Positions 8,275-16,974 of a DNA stretch of 64,000 bases are shown piece after piece; position 1 is the first letter of the stretch, and the number at the start of each line of letters is the position of its first letter. A program made the position numbers and the translations under genes. This stretch comes from a virus, in IMG/VR virus record IMGVR_UViG_3300048017_000141; one strand, written 5' to 3'. Below the pieces are notes generated by a model. That model was not told the origin of the DNA, did not search any database, and saw nothing but the letters and a program-made list of their open reading frames with translations.

Positions 8275-9998
8275 TATAACTCCCAGGGCATTTTATCATT
8301 GGATATATTGACGGGTTCATGAGGTAAGAAACATCCAGACTTTGGTTCCCATTTAAAGTGACATTCTGCTCCATTCTCTCCAAGATTTTGAAACTTAACC
8401 TTAAGTACTTTTACTTTAACAGTTTTGTCTTCATAGTTTCTATGAACTAATAATCCGTGATATGACGCATCGTACCATTCTCCACCGCCCTTGATATTAT
8501 ACATGGTTGGTTCCTCAATCTTACCATCTTTGTCTTTATACATCTTAGTTGGATGAGCAACAATAAATACTAAAACATCAAACTTTTTCGCAAATATTTC
8601 TATCTTAGAAAGATATTCCATTGTATACTTATTGACATCTTCTGTATTACAATCGGTATCACGTACTTTATTGAATGGATCTATAACTAAACATTTAATA
8701 CCTTTACGTTTTACAAGCTCACCCGCTTTTCTAAGCACGGACTCTAATGTATATCTTTCCATGTCAATGTGGAAAAAGTTTTGATTACAATGATCAGCAA
8801 TCTGGTTCCATTTGTCAGTACCAATATCTTCTTTTGTTGGCATACCTTCCCAAACTTTTCGCATTAATTTATGAGCATGCAGATATGTAGGCACATTTTC
8901 AGGTGAAGCAAAAGCTGTTTTCCACCCATACTTATTATTATAGCCAACAACCATTTGATCAACAAAATCAGATTTACCGGAACTTGGTACACCGGTAACA
9001 GTAATAAATTGCCCAGTATATGTTGAGAATATATCATCAAAGTTAGGTAGACCTACTTGAAAACCTGGTTTAAATCCATTATGAACAAAATCAGTAATCT
9101 CGTTTTCAATATCCTTGAATGTTGTTACATTCTCCATTGGTACAGGCTTAGCACTGCTAATACACTGTGATAACTTTTCTGTACCGTATTTTAATAAATA
9201 TTCATTAGCATCTTTACAATCATCGAAATTTGCAATGTAAACAAGTTCAGATCCTAACCTTCTAATCAATTCAGCTTGTAATGCTTGGCCAGGTTCGTCA
9301 GCATCTACAGCAATAATAATCTTTTCTTTATCATCAAAATAGTCGATACAATTATCTAAATAATCTAAATTATTGTGATGAAGAGTAGCTCCGTTTGGAA
9401 CAGACACCGCGTTAGTTATACCAGCTTCATGTAATGCCAGCACATCCATCTCGCCTTCAACAATAATACAATAATCCCAGCCAACTATGCTATTGATGTT
9501 ATAAAATACTTTTTCAGCTCCTTTGTATAATTTAAAGTTTTTACGGCCATCTCTGTATTTTATGTTTACAAGATCATTACCTATTAAGTAATTAAACTGA
9601 ATTGTATTCTCTAGTTTACCAGTTTGAGGCATAAATTCTTGACCCTCTGTTACTTGCAATTCATACAAAGTGTTACGTGAAATACCTCTTATATTAAACC
9701 ATTCTACAACTTGTTCGCTTAATTGCATTTCCTCAACGTGCTCTTTTACTGGCGGCTTCTCATAAACTTTTTCGCTTTTTCCTTTTCGTTTATAAGTATG
9801 TAATTGGAATGTCTTGCTACAATTATGGCAAGTACCTATTCCTCTTTCCCAGTCATATGACGCACATTTAGCTTTTTTATGTTCACCTTTTCTATCTTGG
9901 GAACATAATGGACATATACCTTGTGCTTTTTCCTCTAATCTATATTGATTAAAGTTATCTATTTGGAATCCATTTATTTCTGTTCTGTTTACTTGCAT
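8274..9998 (-). CDS. Bifunctional DNA primase/helicase (T7 gp4-like)
   Basis: It has a zinc ribbon (CPLCS...CHNC), a TOPRIM region (IIVEGEMDVLAL, AVDADEPG) and a DnaB-type Walker A (GVPSSGKS). The likely start is MQVNR at 9998 rather than the track start at 10043. Confidence 0.9.
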   Translation of the reverse strand: MQVNRTEINGFQIDNFNQYRLEEKAQGICPLCSQDRKGEHKKAKCASYDWERGIGTCHNCSKTFQLHTYKRKGKSEKVYEKPPVKEHVEEMQLSEQVVEWFNIRGISRNTLYELQVTEGQEFMPQTGKLENTIQFNYLIGNDLVNIKYRDGRKNFKLYKGAEKVFYNINSIVGWDYCIIVEGEMDVLALHEAGITNAVSVPNGATLHHNNLDYLDNCIDYFDDKEKIIIAVDADEPGQALQAELIRRLGSELVYIANFDDCKDANEYLLKYGTEKLSQCISSAKPVPMENVTTFKDIENEITDFVHNGFKPGFQVGLPNFDDIFSTYTGQFITVTGVPSSGKSDFVDQMVVGYNNKYGWKTAFASPENVPTYLHAHKLMRKVWEGMPTKEDIGTDKWNQIADHCNQNFFHIDMERYTLESVLRKAGELVKRKGIKCLVIDPFNKVRDTDCNTEDVNKYTMEYLSKIEIFAKKFDVLVFIVAHPTKMYKDKDGKIEEPTMYNIKGGGEWYDASYHGLLVHRNYEDKTVKVKVLKVKFQNLGENGAECHFKWEPKSGCFLPHEPVNISNDKMPWEL

Positions 9999-10143
9999 AT
10001 AAGATGATTTGATTGTTAATGAGTATAGATAGAAAAACCCCAATTGATGGGGCTTAACTAACTATTTAAGGCTATAACCTTAAAAGAAAATAAAAATTTA
10101 AGGTTATAAGCTTAAAATTTATTATTTATTTAAACTTATTAGT

Positions 10144-10461
10144 TTAAAAAGGTAAGTCGTCCGGCTGAGGCACAAACTGTTGCGTTTGTCTTTGTGGAGC
10201 AGCTTGCCCATTTTGCGGTGCGGTAGCTACATTATTACCATCTGTCCAAACTACTTTTACGTTGCCAAGATAAACTTTTGTTGCTTTCGCATCTCTCTCG
10301 TCTTTTGATTGTTCTACAATAATTGGTCCTTGATTGCCAAAATTATCTGGATCATTATTTAAAGTAATTACGATTGGTAAGTACTTTCCTTTTTTGCCGT
10401 CAATAATTTTGTCTTTAGGAATCTCGTTTAAATTGATACTTGCTTTTATAATACTTGCCAT
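10144..10461 (-). CDS. Putative single-stranded DNA-binding protein
   Basis: A Gln/Pro-rich linker ends in the acidic tip DDLPF, as in SSB C-termini. The gene lies inside the recombination/replication module. Confidence 0.5.
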   Translation of the reverse strand: MASIIKASINLNEIPKDKIIDGKKGKYLPIVITLNNDPDNFGNQGPIIVEQSKDERDAKATKVYLGNVKVVWTDGNNVATAPQNGQAAPQRQTQQFVPQPDDLPF

Positions 10462-10467
10462 ATATAA

Positions 10468-10650
10468 TTATTTTGTTGTTACTGAATCTGGTTTTGATGG
10501 GTTAATACTTGATGAATCTACTGATACGGAATCTACTTTTGTTGTATCAACTGGTTGTAATGTATCATTTGTTGATACTTCTTCTGTTTTCTTGCTTGTG
10601 CAAGACATTAATACTAAAACTAGTAATAATCCTAAAAATTGTTTTTTCAT
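10468..10650 (-). CDS. Small lipoprotein
   Basis: Signal peptide with lipobox-like LMSC, followed by a Ser/Thr/Asp-rich mature part. Confidence 0.5.
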   Translation of the reverse strand: MKKQFLGLLLVLVLMSCTSKKTEEVSTNDTLQPVDTTKVDSVSVDSSSINPSKPDSVTTK

Positions 10651-10653
10651 TAT

Positions 10654-11394
10654 TTAAAGTGTTTCTGTTATACAATAATCTTTGAAGTCAAAGTCTTCTG
10701 TTTTGAAAAATAACCTGTATGCTTCTACAGCTTTTTCTACTTTGTTTTTACCGCTTTCTAAAAATTGAGGAGAGCAATCATATATGCCTATCTTCCTTGT
10801 TCTTTTATCTACAGCAATAAAAACCATATCCATATTAAAATACGTGGAATATATATATGCCTGGCTATCATAATTATATTCTTTTGCTGAGTATCTAAAT
10901 TTATCAATATCAGACGTTGTTTTTAAATCTACAACTAACGATTGAGTATTGTTTTTAATATCAGCTTTTAATTTCCACCATTCATCAGACAAATTAATTA
11001 ATCCAGGAACCTCATACTCAACATCTATATCTTGAATCAAATCTCTTGCTACTTTATTATTCATTACAGAATCTCTAAGCAAAGCAATGTTATCAGCTTC
11101 GTGTTGTAACAAACACATTTCTCCACCGGATAATTCTTTATATATTCCTGTATTTCTTGTTGAGGCATCGATAATTTTTATATGCTCAAGTTTATCAGGT
11201 TCAAGTATTAACGTATGGAAATACTTGCCTATAATAAGATTTGGATTATCCTTGATAGGTTGATTAAATGATAGTGGGTCTTTAAGTAAAGCTCGTATGT
11301 TCGAATTTGATAGGAATTGCTTACCAAATTTTCCATAGTAATCTTCATCATTTCTTAATTTTTCAAGAACTTTTAATTTTTGTTTATCTGTCAT
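10654..11394 (-). CDS. PD-(D/E)XK recombination exonuclease (DUF3799/RecE-like)
   Basis: It has the VVDLKTTSD motif and overlaps the start-proximal ERF gene by 4 nt. Confidence 0.65.
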   Translation of the reverse strand: MTDKQKLKVLEKLRNDEDYYGKFGKQFLSNSNIRALLKDPLSFNQPIKDNPNLIIGKYFHTLILEPDKLEHIKIIDASTRNTGIYKELSGGEMCLLQHEADNIALLRDSVMNNKVARDLIQDIDVEYEVPGLINLSDEWWKLKADIKNNTQSLVVDLKTTSDIDKFRYSAKEYNYDSQAYIYSTYFNMDMVFIAVDKRTRKIGIYDCSPQFLESGKNKVEKAVEAYRLFFKTEDFDFKDYCITETL

Positions 11395-11951
11395 AAAGTT
11401 GCTAATGTATCAGCAGGAACATCGTACTTTGCTTTTATAGCATCAATTGAGCCGCCATTTTTAATAAATTCTTTTGCTTTTTCTAAAGCTTGCCCTTCTA
11501 ATTTAGGCTTTGCAGTTGCTGGCGCACTCTTGCCATGATTGTTAGTAGCATCTGCGTCTTGAGTATCATCAATCAAAAATAAATTACCAAGAGCATACTT
11601 TTTACCATAACTTGATGCTGATCCAAACTTCTGTGGCATTTGCATGCCTTTTTGATCAAGATCAATACCAACAATTGCTTGAGCTTGTATAGACTTTGTC
11701 AGATCGCTAATTGTAGCAGTAGATTCTAATATTGGAAAACCATTACTATTATCTATGAATCTTTCCGTGACGGTTACTGATACCCCAAGCCGCAACAAAA
11801 ATGGTTTGATTGCTTCAAGAATATCCTCAGCTGATCTAAAGTTGTACTTACCAAAAGAATTGTATCGCGATTTATTAGACTTAAATTCAGTCTGTATTAT
11901 TGCTAGCTTTCCAATTAATGGTAATTCAGTTTCATTTGTTTTTGTTGCCAT
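11391..11951 (-). CDS. ERF-family single-strand annealing protein
   Basis: The N-terminal pattern KSNKSRYNSFGKYNFRSAEDILEAIKP is typical of ERF. Confidence 0.7.
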   Translation of the reverse strand: MATKTNETELPLIGKLAIIQTEFKSNKSRYNSFGKYNFRSAEDILEAIKPFLLRLGVSVTVTERFIDNSNGFPILESTATISDLTKSIQAQAIVGIDLDQKGMQMPQKFGSASSYGKKYALGNLFLIDDTQDADATNNHGKSAPATAKPKLEGQALEKAKEFIKNGGSIDAIKAKYDVPADTLATL

Positions 11952-11954
11952 ATA

Positions 11955-12122
11955 TTAATTATTATTTTTGTGTTTTAATTTAGCTACTTTTTTTTCATGA
12001 CTAGAAAAGTGCGATTGCGCTTTTGCTAATAAGTTTTCAGTAGGATCATTAATAAAATAATTCCTGACAATCTTAGTTCCATTTGGCCGTGTGCCAATTA
12101 CCGAAGTGATCATTCTTTCCAT
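11955..12122 (-). CDS. Small hypothetical protein (55 aa, hand-translated)
   Basis: ATG at 12122. Its stop lies 3 nt before the ERF start. Confidence 0.4.
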   Translation of the reverse strand: MERMITSVIGTRPNGTKIVRNYFINDPTENLLAKAQSHFSSHEKKVAKLKHKNNN

Positions 12123-12245
12123 ATATTTAATTTAATTGGTTTATTTTTACAAGAGTAAATTTTAATATTAATTACCTTCGTTTTATTTTCAAGGGTAAAA
12201 ATGCTAATAAATTACTCATAATCTATATTAATATAATTACGTATT

Positions 12246-12278
12246 TTAGACATTATTTAGACATTATTTAGACATTTA
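12246..12278. repeat. Three tandem 11-bp direct repeats (TTAGACATTAT x2 plus TTAGACATTTA)
   Basis: Read directly from the sequence. They lie 12 nt downstream of the sigma-factor stop, in a 167-bp non-coding gap. Confidence 0.9.
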
Positions 12279-12289
12279 TTTTATTTAAC

Positions 12290-13057
12290 TTATAGGAAAT
12301 CAAGGACTTGTGAGTGATCAACGGAATTTATTAATTTGTTAACCGCTTGCTTTTTTAGTTCAGATATACGAACATATGAGCTAGCTCCTTCTATTCCTAA
12401 TTTATCAGCAATCTCGTTTGCTGAATACTTATCACCGTCTAAACCATAACTTAGCTTTAATACTTCTGATTCTCGTTCGTTTAGATATTTATCAATTATA
12501 GAACTTAAAAAAGTGTGCATGATTGTTATATTATATGGTTCCGATCTATCCTCAATCTCATAAAATGAAATACCAATAGTGTCTTCGTTCTCAGTTAATA
12601 CTTGGTCGTCAATGCTTAAAAATATTGAATTAAAAAACAAAGCTGACATGCTTTCATTCTGACCTCCATCTTTTCTTATCTCATTCAATTTATGTTCCGG
12701 TAATTTTATATTACCACGGTTGATGTCAATAGCTCTTCGTATTGAGCCTTTTATTCTTTTAGATAAAAATGACTTCAATGTTTTTTCTATATCATTAGAA
12801 GCGTTTAATTGAGCAAAATCTAGCTTATCAACAGCATATATTAATCCAATACTTCCCTCCTGTATCAAATCTGTTATGTCCATAACACCCGATGCTTGGT
12901 CTGATGTCGAAAATTTACGAGCAATGTTTTCTACTAATGGTAAAAATTTATTTATAAACTCTGATCTTTCATATTCAGTCCAATCTCTTGGCTTTGGCTG
13001 AGCACTTAAAACATCTTTTTTGTACCTTAAATAATTTTGTAAATTATAATTTTTCAT
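12290..13057 (-). CDS. Phage-encoded sigma-70-family RNA polymerase sigma factor
   Basis: Region 2 reads DLIQEGSIGLIYAVDKLD. The region 4 HTH reads SEVLKLSYGLDG..YSANEIADKLG...ISELKKQAVNKL. Confidence 0.85.
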   Translation of the reverse strand: MKNYNLQNYLRYKKDVLSAQPKPRDWTEYERSEFINKFLPLVENIARKFSTSDQASGVMDITDLIQEGSIGLIYAVDKLDFAQLNASNDIEKTLKSFLSKRIKGSIRRAIDINRGNIKLPEHKLNEIRKDGGQNESMSALFFNSIFLSIDDQVLTENEDTIGISFYEIEDRSEPYNITIMHTFLSSIIDKYLNERESEVLKLSYGLDGDKYSANEIADKLGIEGASSYVRISELKKQAVNKLINSVDHSQVLDFL

Positions 13058-13074
13058 ATTTATTTGTTTTTATT

Positions 13075-13371
13075 TTAATCATATAATCCTAATTGTTCAT
13101 TTATTTTAGCCTCTACAGCAGTACAAGGTCTATCAACAGTTAATTCATTGCAACTACAATACTCAGTATGATCACAAAGGCAATTGCTCATTAATTCATT
13201 ACCGGTAATTTCTTTTGCATATTTCCAACTTTTAATTAATATTGTTTGATCCGCTGTTTCATTATTATGTGCATTTAACCATGCTAAATATAATCCTAAC
13301 TTTTTAGCAAACACCTTTCTTCTAAACCAACTGGTATTATCACTAGATACCCACATCCACTTTTCTTCCAT
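13075..13371 (-). CDS. Hypothetical Cys-rich protein
   Basis: 98-aa ORF in the operon. Confidence 0.5.
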   Translation of the reverse strand: MEEKWMWVSSDNTSWFRRKVFAKKLGLYLAWLNAHNNETADQTILIKSWKYAKEITGNELMSNCLCDHTEYCSCNELTVDRPCTAVEAKINEQLGLYD

Positions 13372-13372
13372 A

Positions 13373-13522
13373 TTATTTCTTTTTTATAATTTCTTTTTTA
13401 AAATAAGAACTATCTACCTTATTAAGCGCTTCTGCTTCAGTGTCTGCTTCAATATCTAAATGATAAAAGTCTTTTTCATTACCGCAATCGTATCTGTACC
13501 ATGCCTCTACTGTATAAATCAT
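13373..13522 (-). CDS. Small hypothetical protein (49 aa, hand-translated)
   Basis: ATGA start/stop overlap with the upstream gene. Its stop lies 1 nt before the next start. Confidence 0.4.
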   Translation of the reverse strand: MIYTVEAWYRYDCGNEKDFYHLDIEADTEAEALNKVDSSYFKKEIIKKK

Positions 13523-13758
13523 AATTTATCAAATTTAATTTTCATTTTTTTTCTTCCGTATTTATCTTTAAGATATTTATCATCATATTGTTCTAATAAA
13601 TATTGTAAGTCAGTAGGGGTCCAATCATAAGCAATTGGTGTATTCTTATTAATCCAATTCCATTTTTTGTCATATATTATTAATGTTTTTTTTTCGTCTT
13701 CCAATATAAACTTCCAATCAAATCTTTTGCGTAGTTTTTTTAATAATCTTGTTTTCAT
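13519..13758 (-). CDS. Hypothetical protein
   Basis: 79-aa ORF with 4-nt overlaps on both sides. Confidence 0.5.
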   Translation of the reverse strand: MKTRLLKKLRKRFDWKFILEDEKKTLIIYDKKWNWINKNTPIAYDWTPTDLQYLLEQYDDKYLKDKYGRKKMKIKFDKL

Positions 13759-14375
13759 AATTCTTTATTTAACAATTCTTTTTCTTTTTTGAGTTCATTA
13801 CTAATATTCCTATAAATGGTCCTTGTAGCGCAATTAAAATGCTCAGCTATTTTTTTGACTGTTATTTTTTGCTTAAGATCGTGAATGTATAGCATTGCTT
13901 CATATATATCAGGCTCCGTGATTTTTTTACTTCTACCAATTATAAGACCCACTATTGAAAGCTTTTCAGACGTAGTAAGTCGAGAGTTATCTTTAAATAT
14001 AATCTTGCGTATTTTATTTGGGGGAGGAGTTTCTAAATCCTGCATTGACACTTCATATATTATATTTTCTAATAACGATGGACTCACGTTAAATATAACA
14101 AAGCCGTTAATCCTATTGCAAATAAATTCTGCTAATTGTGTAAACGAATCTTGCGTTAAATTAGTATTAAGATACCACAATACATATAGATGCCACTTAA
14201 GCGATTTATACGTATTTATTTTTGCTTTGCTTCTGAACAAGTCATAACATTCTTTTGTACCTGTTTCATAATAATCACCCCAATCATATTTTTGTGTAGG
14301 CTTATCATTAACAGGGTTACGTTTATATATTATTCTCTTCTTGTTTAAGAAATCTAATCTTCTATCATGCGACAT
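13755..14375 (-). CDS. Putative DNA-binding regulator with a C-terminal helix-turn-helix
   Basis: The C-terminus ITVKKIAEHFNCATRTIYRNI is HTH-like. It is the first gene of the sigma-containing block. Confidence 0.5.
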   Translation of the reverse strand: MSHDRRLDFLNKKRIIYKRNPVNDKPTQKYDWGDYYETGTKECYDLFRSKAKINTYKSLKWHLYVLWYLNTNLTQDSFTQLAEFICNRINGFVIFNVSPSLLENIIYEVSMQDLETPPPNKIRKIIFKDNSRLTTSEKLSIVGLIIGRSKKITEPDIYEAMLYIHDLKQKITVKKIAEHFNCATRTIYRNISNELKKEKELLNKEL

Positions 14376-14424
14376 TAGCTTGTTATTTATTTTAATTAAT
14401 TAGCTAACGTCATACTTTTAGACG

Positions 14425-14703
14425 TTACTTAAATTTTTCTAATAATTTTTTTATTTCATCTAATTTTAATTGGGCTATGCCTGCTTTTTCATAATCCTCA
14501 TTTTTAATGTATTCATCTAAAAGCATTTTTAAACCTATAAAATTTTGCGTTAGCATTTCATGACTCAACTGTGATTGATCTATGAATGGTGGTGCATTTT
14601 GATAATATACTTTATCAATATCTTGTTGCTTTAAAATTATTCTTTCTACAACAGCTTCTGCAATTCTATTTATATCTTGATCTGACAATTTTAATTTAAA
14701 CAT
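14425..14703 (-). CDS. Hypothetical protein
   Basis: 92-aa ORF in the early arm. Confidence 0.5.
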   Translation of the reverse strand: MFKLKLSDQDINRIAEAVVERIILKQQDIDKVYYQNAPPFIDQSQLSHEMLTQNFIGLKMLLDEYIKNEDYEKAGIAQLKLDEIKKLLEKFK

Positions 14704-14708
14704 ATTTA

Positions 14709-14906
14709 TTATCTTTTATTGTTCGTATTGTTTTTGTATTCTATTATAAAACCTATTGCTACAATTATATTCATTCCGAATGAGGCTATTATCTCATGTA
14801 TATCTTTGTAAACATTAACTGTCAAATGCACATGCCCAACAACCCAAAATGGTATGGATAAGTTGCTAGCGATCCATGTTATTGTGAATATTAAGAATTG
14901 TTTCAT
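14709..14906 (-). CDS. Small membrane protein (two hydrophobic segments)
   Basis: 65 aa containing FLIFTITWIASNL and IIVAIGFII. Confidence 0.5.
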   Translation of the reverse strand: MKQFLIFTITWIASNLSIPFWVVGHVHLTVNVYKDIHEIIASFGMNIIVAIGFIIEYKNNTNNKR

Positions 14907-15175
14907 AAGTTATAAAAATTATTTAAGAACTCGTCAAATCTTTTAATTGAAATAATATCTCTATGTATTTTATATCTATGGAACAACTCATCTAATATTT
15001 CATCTGTTGTAAAGTCTTCTATTTCTTTTTCCTCAATATTATAATCTTGTTGCATATCTAAATACCATTCAGCATATTCAACTATATCATCATCATCAAT
15101 GTAATCAAACAACTCCACTTTATTAAAGTCTTCTTCTGAATCATCATCAAATATTATTTTTATCGGTTTTTTCAT
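14903..15175 (-). CDS. Highly acidic small protein
   Basis: 28 of 90 residues are D or E by my count. Confidence 0.55.
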   Translation of the reverse strand: MKKPIKIIFDDDSEEDFNKVELFDYIDDDDIVEYAEWYLDMQQDYNIEEKEIEDFTTDEILDELFHRYKIHRDIISIKRFDEFLNNFYNL

Positions 15176-15265
15176 AGTTTTTCTATTTTTTGTTTAATTT
15201 ATTCTTATTAATAAATAATAGTATAATAAGAAAAAATATTGTAATTGAAAATGTTATATATTCTC

Positions 15266-15457
15266 TCATAATTTTTTTATTTCTTTTTTAACTTCTTTCC
15301 AATATTTATTTCTTTCTATTGATAAATACCCTATTGATTCTTCAATCAATTCATCAGCTGCTATTAATGCACATTGTTTAGCTCTATCAGAATGAGTTGG
15401 ATATGGCATTTCCATATAATTATTATATAACTTTATAGCTTTTTGTTTTGGTGTCAT
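15266..15457 (-). CDS. Hypothetical protein
   Basis: 63-aa ORF. Confidence 0.5.
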   Translation of the reverse strand: MTPKQKAIKLYNNYMEMPYPTHSDRAKQCALIAADELIEESIGYLSIERNKYWKEVKKEIKKL

Positions 15458-15469
15458 ATCTTATTTATT

Positions 15470-15673
15470 TTACATAGGATAATTTTGAATAGCCTTTATA
15501 TACATTTCCTTTAACTGTTCTTGTTCCATTTCTTTAGCTTTATTTACATATTGCGAAAGATCCGAGGAACCTCTAAAGGCATTCCAATATTCCATGCCGT
15601 TTATATTGCCCTCATCGTCATATTTATCTACTTCTACAAGTATTTCGTTTACTAACCATTCTACTGCTGTCAT
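15470..15673 (-). CDS. Hypothetical protein, paralogous to the C-terminal domain of 17547..18245
   Basis: It shares the AVEWL and AKEME.Q motifs with that domain. Confidence 0.5.
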   Translation of the reverse strand: MTAVEWLVNEILVEVDKYDDEGNINGMEYWNAFRGSSDLSQYVNKAKEMEQEQLKEMYIKAIQNYPM

Positions 15674-15939
15674 AATCCTTTTTCTTTTTTATCCATTAAA
15701 CAAAATTCTTGAATAGCATCTGAGGCATATGATCCATTACTACTTTTGTAATAAATTTCATAAGTGGGTTCGTCCATCAATAGCATTGGTCTTGCTATCA
15801 TAACTTTAGTTCCATCTAACTTTAGATAAACAATATCTCCTTTTTTGTATTTATAAGAAACTTTTTTTTCAGGTGCTTTTTCGCAACTTATAAATAGTAT
15901 AAGTACTAACAATGTGACTAACTCTTTAAAGTTTTTCAT
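15670..15939 (-). CDS. Small lipoprotein
   Basis: Signal peptide ending in the lipobox-like LFISC. Confidence 0.55.
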   Translation of the reverse strand: MKNFKELVTLLVLILFISCEKAPEKKVSYKYKKGDIVYLKLDGTKVMIARPMLLMDEPTYEIYYKSSNGSYASDAIQEFCLMDKKEKGL

Positions 15940-16157
15940 AATCCTTTTTCTTTTTTAAATATTTCTAATATTTTATTAGTTTTTCTTGATCCTTTTATTA
16001 ATTCAATTAGATAACCTGATTTGTTCATCCAATCTGCAAACTCAATAGCAAATTCATCTGCTATTTTTTCAATTACTTCAGCAGTTGGATTATAAATCCT
16101 TGAATAATCATCAGGTTTACCGCTTGTTGCTTGTTGTATTTTATCTATTAGTTTCAT
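15936..16157 (-). CDS. Hypothetical protein
   Basis: 73-aa ORF with 4-nt overlaps. Confidence 0.5.
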   Translation of the reverse strand: MKLIDKIQQATSGKPDDYSRIYNPTAEVIEKIADEFAIEFADWMNKSGYLIELIKGSRKTNKILEIFKKEKGL

Positions 16158-16342
16158 AATATTTCGTATTTAAAATCAGACGTCATTCCTATCTCGTCTC
16201 CAACTTCGTTACTCCATAGTCTAACGTCAGTCATACCTTCTTCGTTGTCTAATAATTCTTTGAACCAATCCATTTCTTCTTGATCATCAACATTATACCA
16301 TATATCGTCAACCTCTATTACGCATTCTATTTTTATTTTCAT
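16154..16342 (-). CDS. Acidic small protein
   Basis: 62 aa, rich in D and E. Confidence 0.5.
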   Translation of the reverse strand: MKIKIECVIEVDDIWYNVDDQEEMDWFKELLDNEEGMTDVRLWSNEVGDEIGMTSDFKYEIL

Positions 16343-16548
16343 TACTCTAATTCTTTTAATATGTTACCATCTCTGTCTAACCAACCGTCTTGTATCAATG
16401 CAAATATTGTACGTCCGTAATGTCCCTGCAATCCATATTGTAATCCTTCTTTAGTTAAGGTAGAAAACAATTGCAGTGTATCAGCATCGTTTAATAATCC
16501 TGACTCGTAGTCCATCATCTGATCTAAAAAATCTGTTGTTCTTTTCAT
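16342..16548 (-). CDS. Hypothetical protein
   Basis: 68-aa ORF preceded by the conserved junction AAACAAATAAGATATG. Confidence 0.5.
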   Translation of the reverse strand: MKRTTDFLDQMMDYESGLLNDADTLQLFSTLTKEGLQYGLQGHYGRTIFALIQDGWLDRDGNILKELE

Positions 16549-16551
16549 ATC

Positions 16552-16695
16552 TTATTTGTTTTTAAATTGTTTTTCTTGTTGATAAATTCTTTCCCAATAT
16601 TCTTCTTGAGTAATTCCTAATCCCCAAATAAATAATTTCCAACCTATTGATGAAACTTTACTTTTAAATTTGTCTAATAAATTTTCTTTTCCCAT
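16552..16695 (-). CDS. Small hypothetical protein (47 aa, hand-translated) ending in QFKNK
   Basis: It fills the 16549-16698 gap. Its C-terminus is encoded by the conserved junction motif. Confidence 0.4.
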   Translation of the reverse strand: MGKENLLDKFKSKVSSIGWKLFIWGLGITQEEYWERIYQQEKQFKNK

Positions 16696-16698
16696 ATG

Positions 16699-16971
16699 TT
16701 ATTTGTTAAATTTTTCGTTGTAGTATTGTTCCGCATCTTCATCATAAAAACCATTTGTTATAGCTTCTTGATAAGCATCAATAATCTGTTGCTTTTCCGT
16801 TTCTAAAAGTTCATCATCAATTCTTTTGATAATAGCATTCAATGTTCGTTTCACTACGTCTTGACAAGCTAAACGTATTACTTCGTTATCAATTACTCCG
16901 AGTAATTCTGCAAATGATGAAATAGTTTCTACTAAATCTTCCCTTAAATCTTGCATTGCTGTTTGTTTCAT
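16699..16971 (-). CDS. Hypothetical protein of the YYNxxFNK-tail paralogue family
   Basis: It ends in EQYYNEKFNK. Confidence 0.55.
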   Translation of the reverse strand: MKQTAMQDLREDLVETISSFAELLGVIDNEVIRLACQDVVKRTLNAIIKRIDDELLETEKQQIIDAYQEAITNGFYDEDAEQYYNEKFNK

Positions 16972-16974
16972 ATC

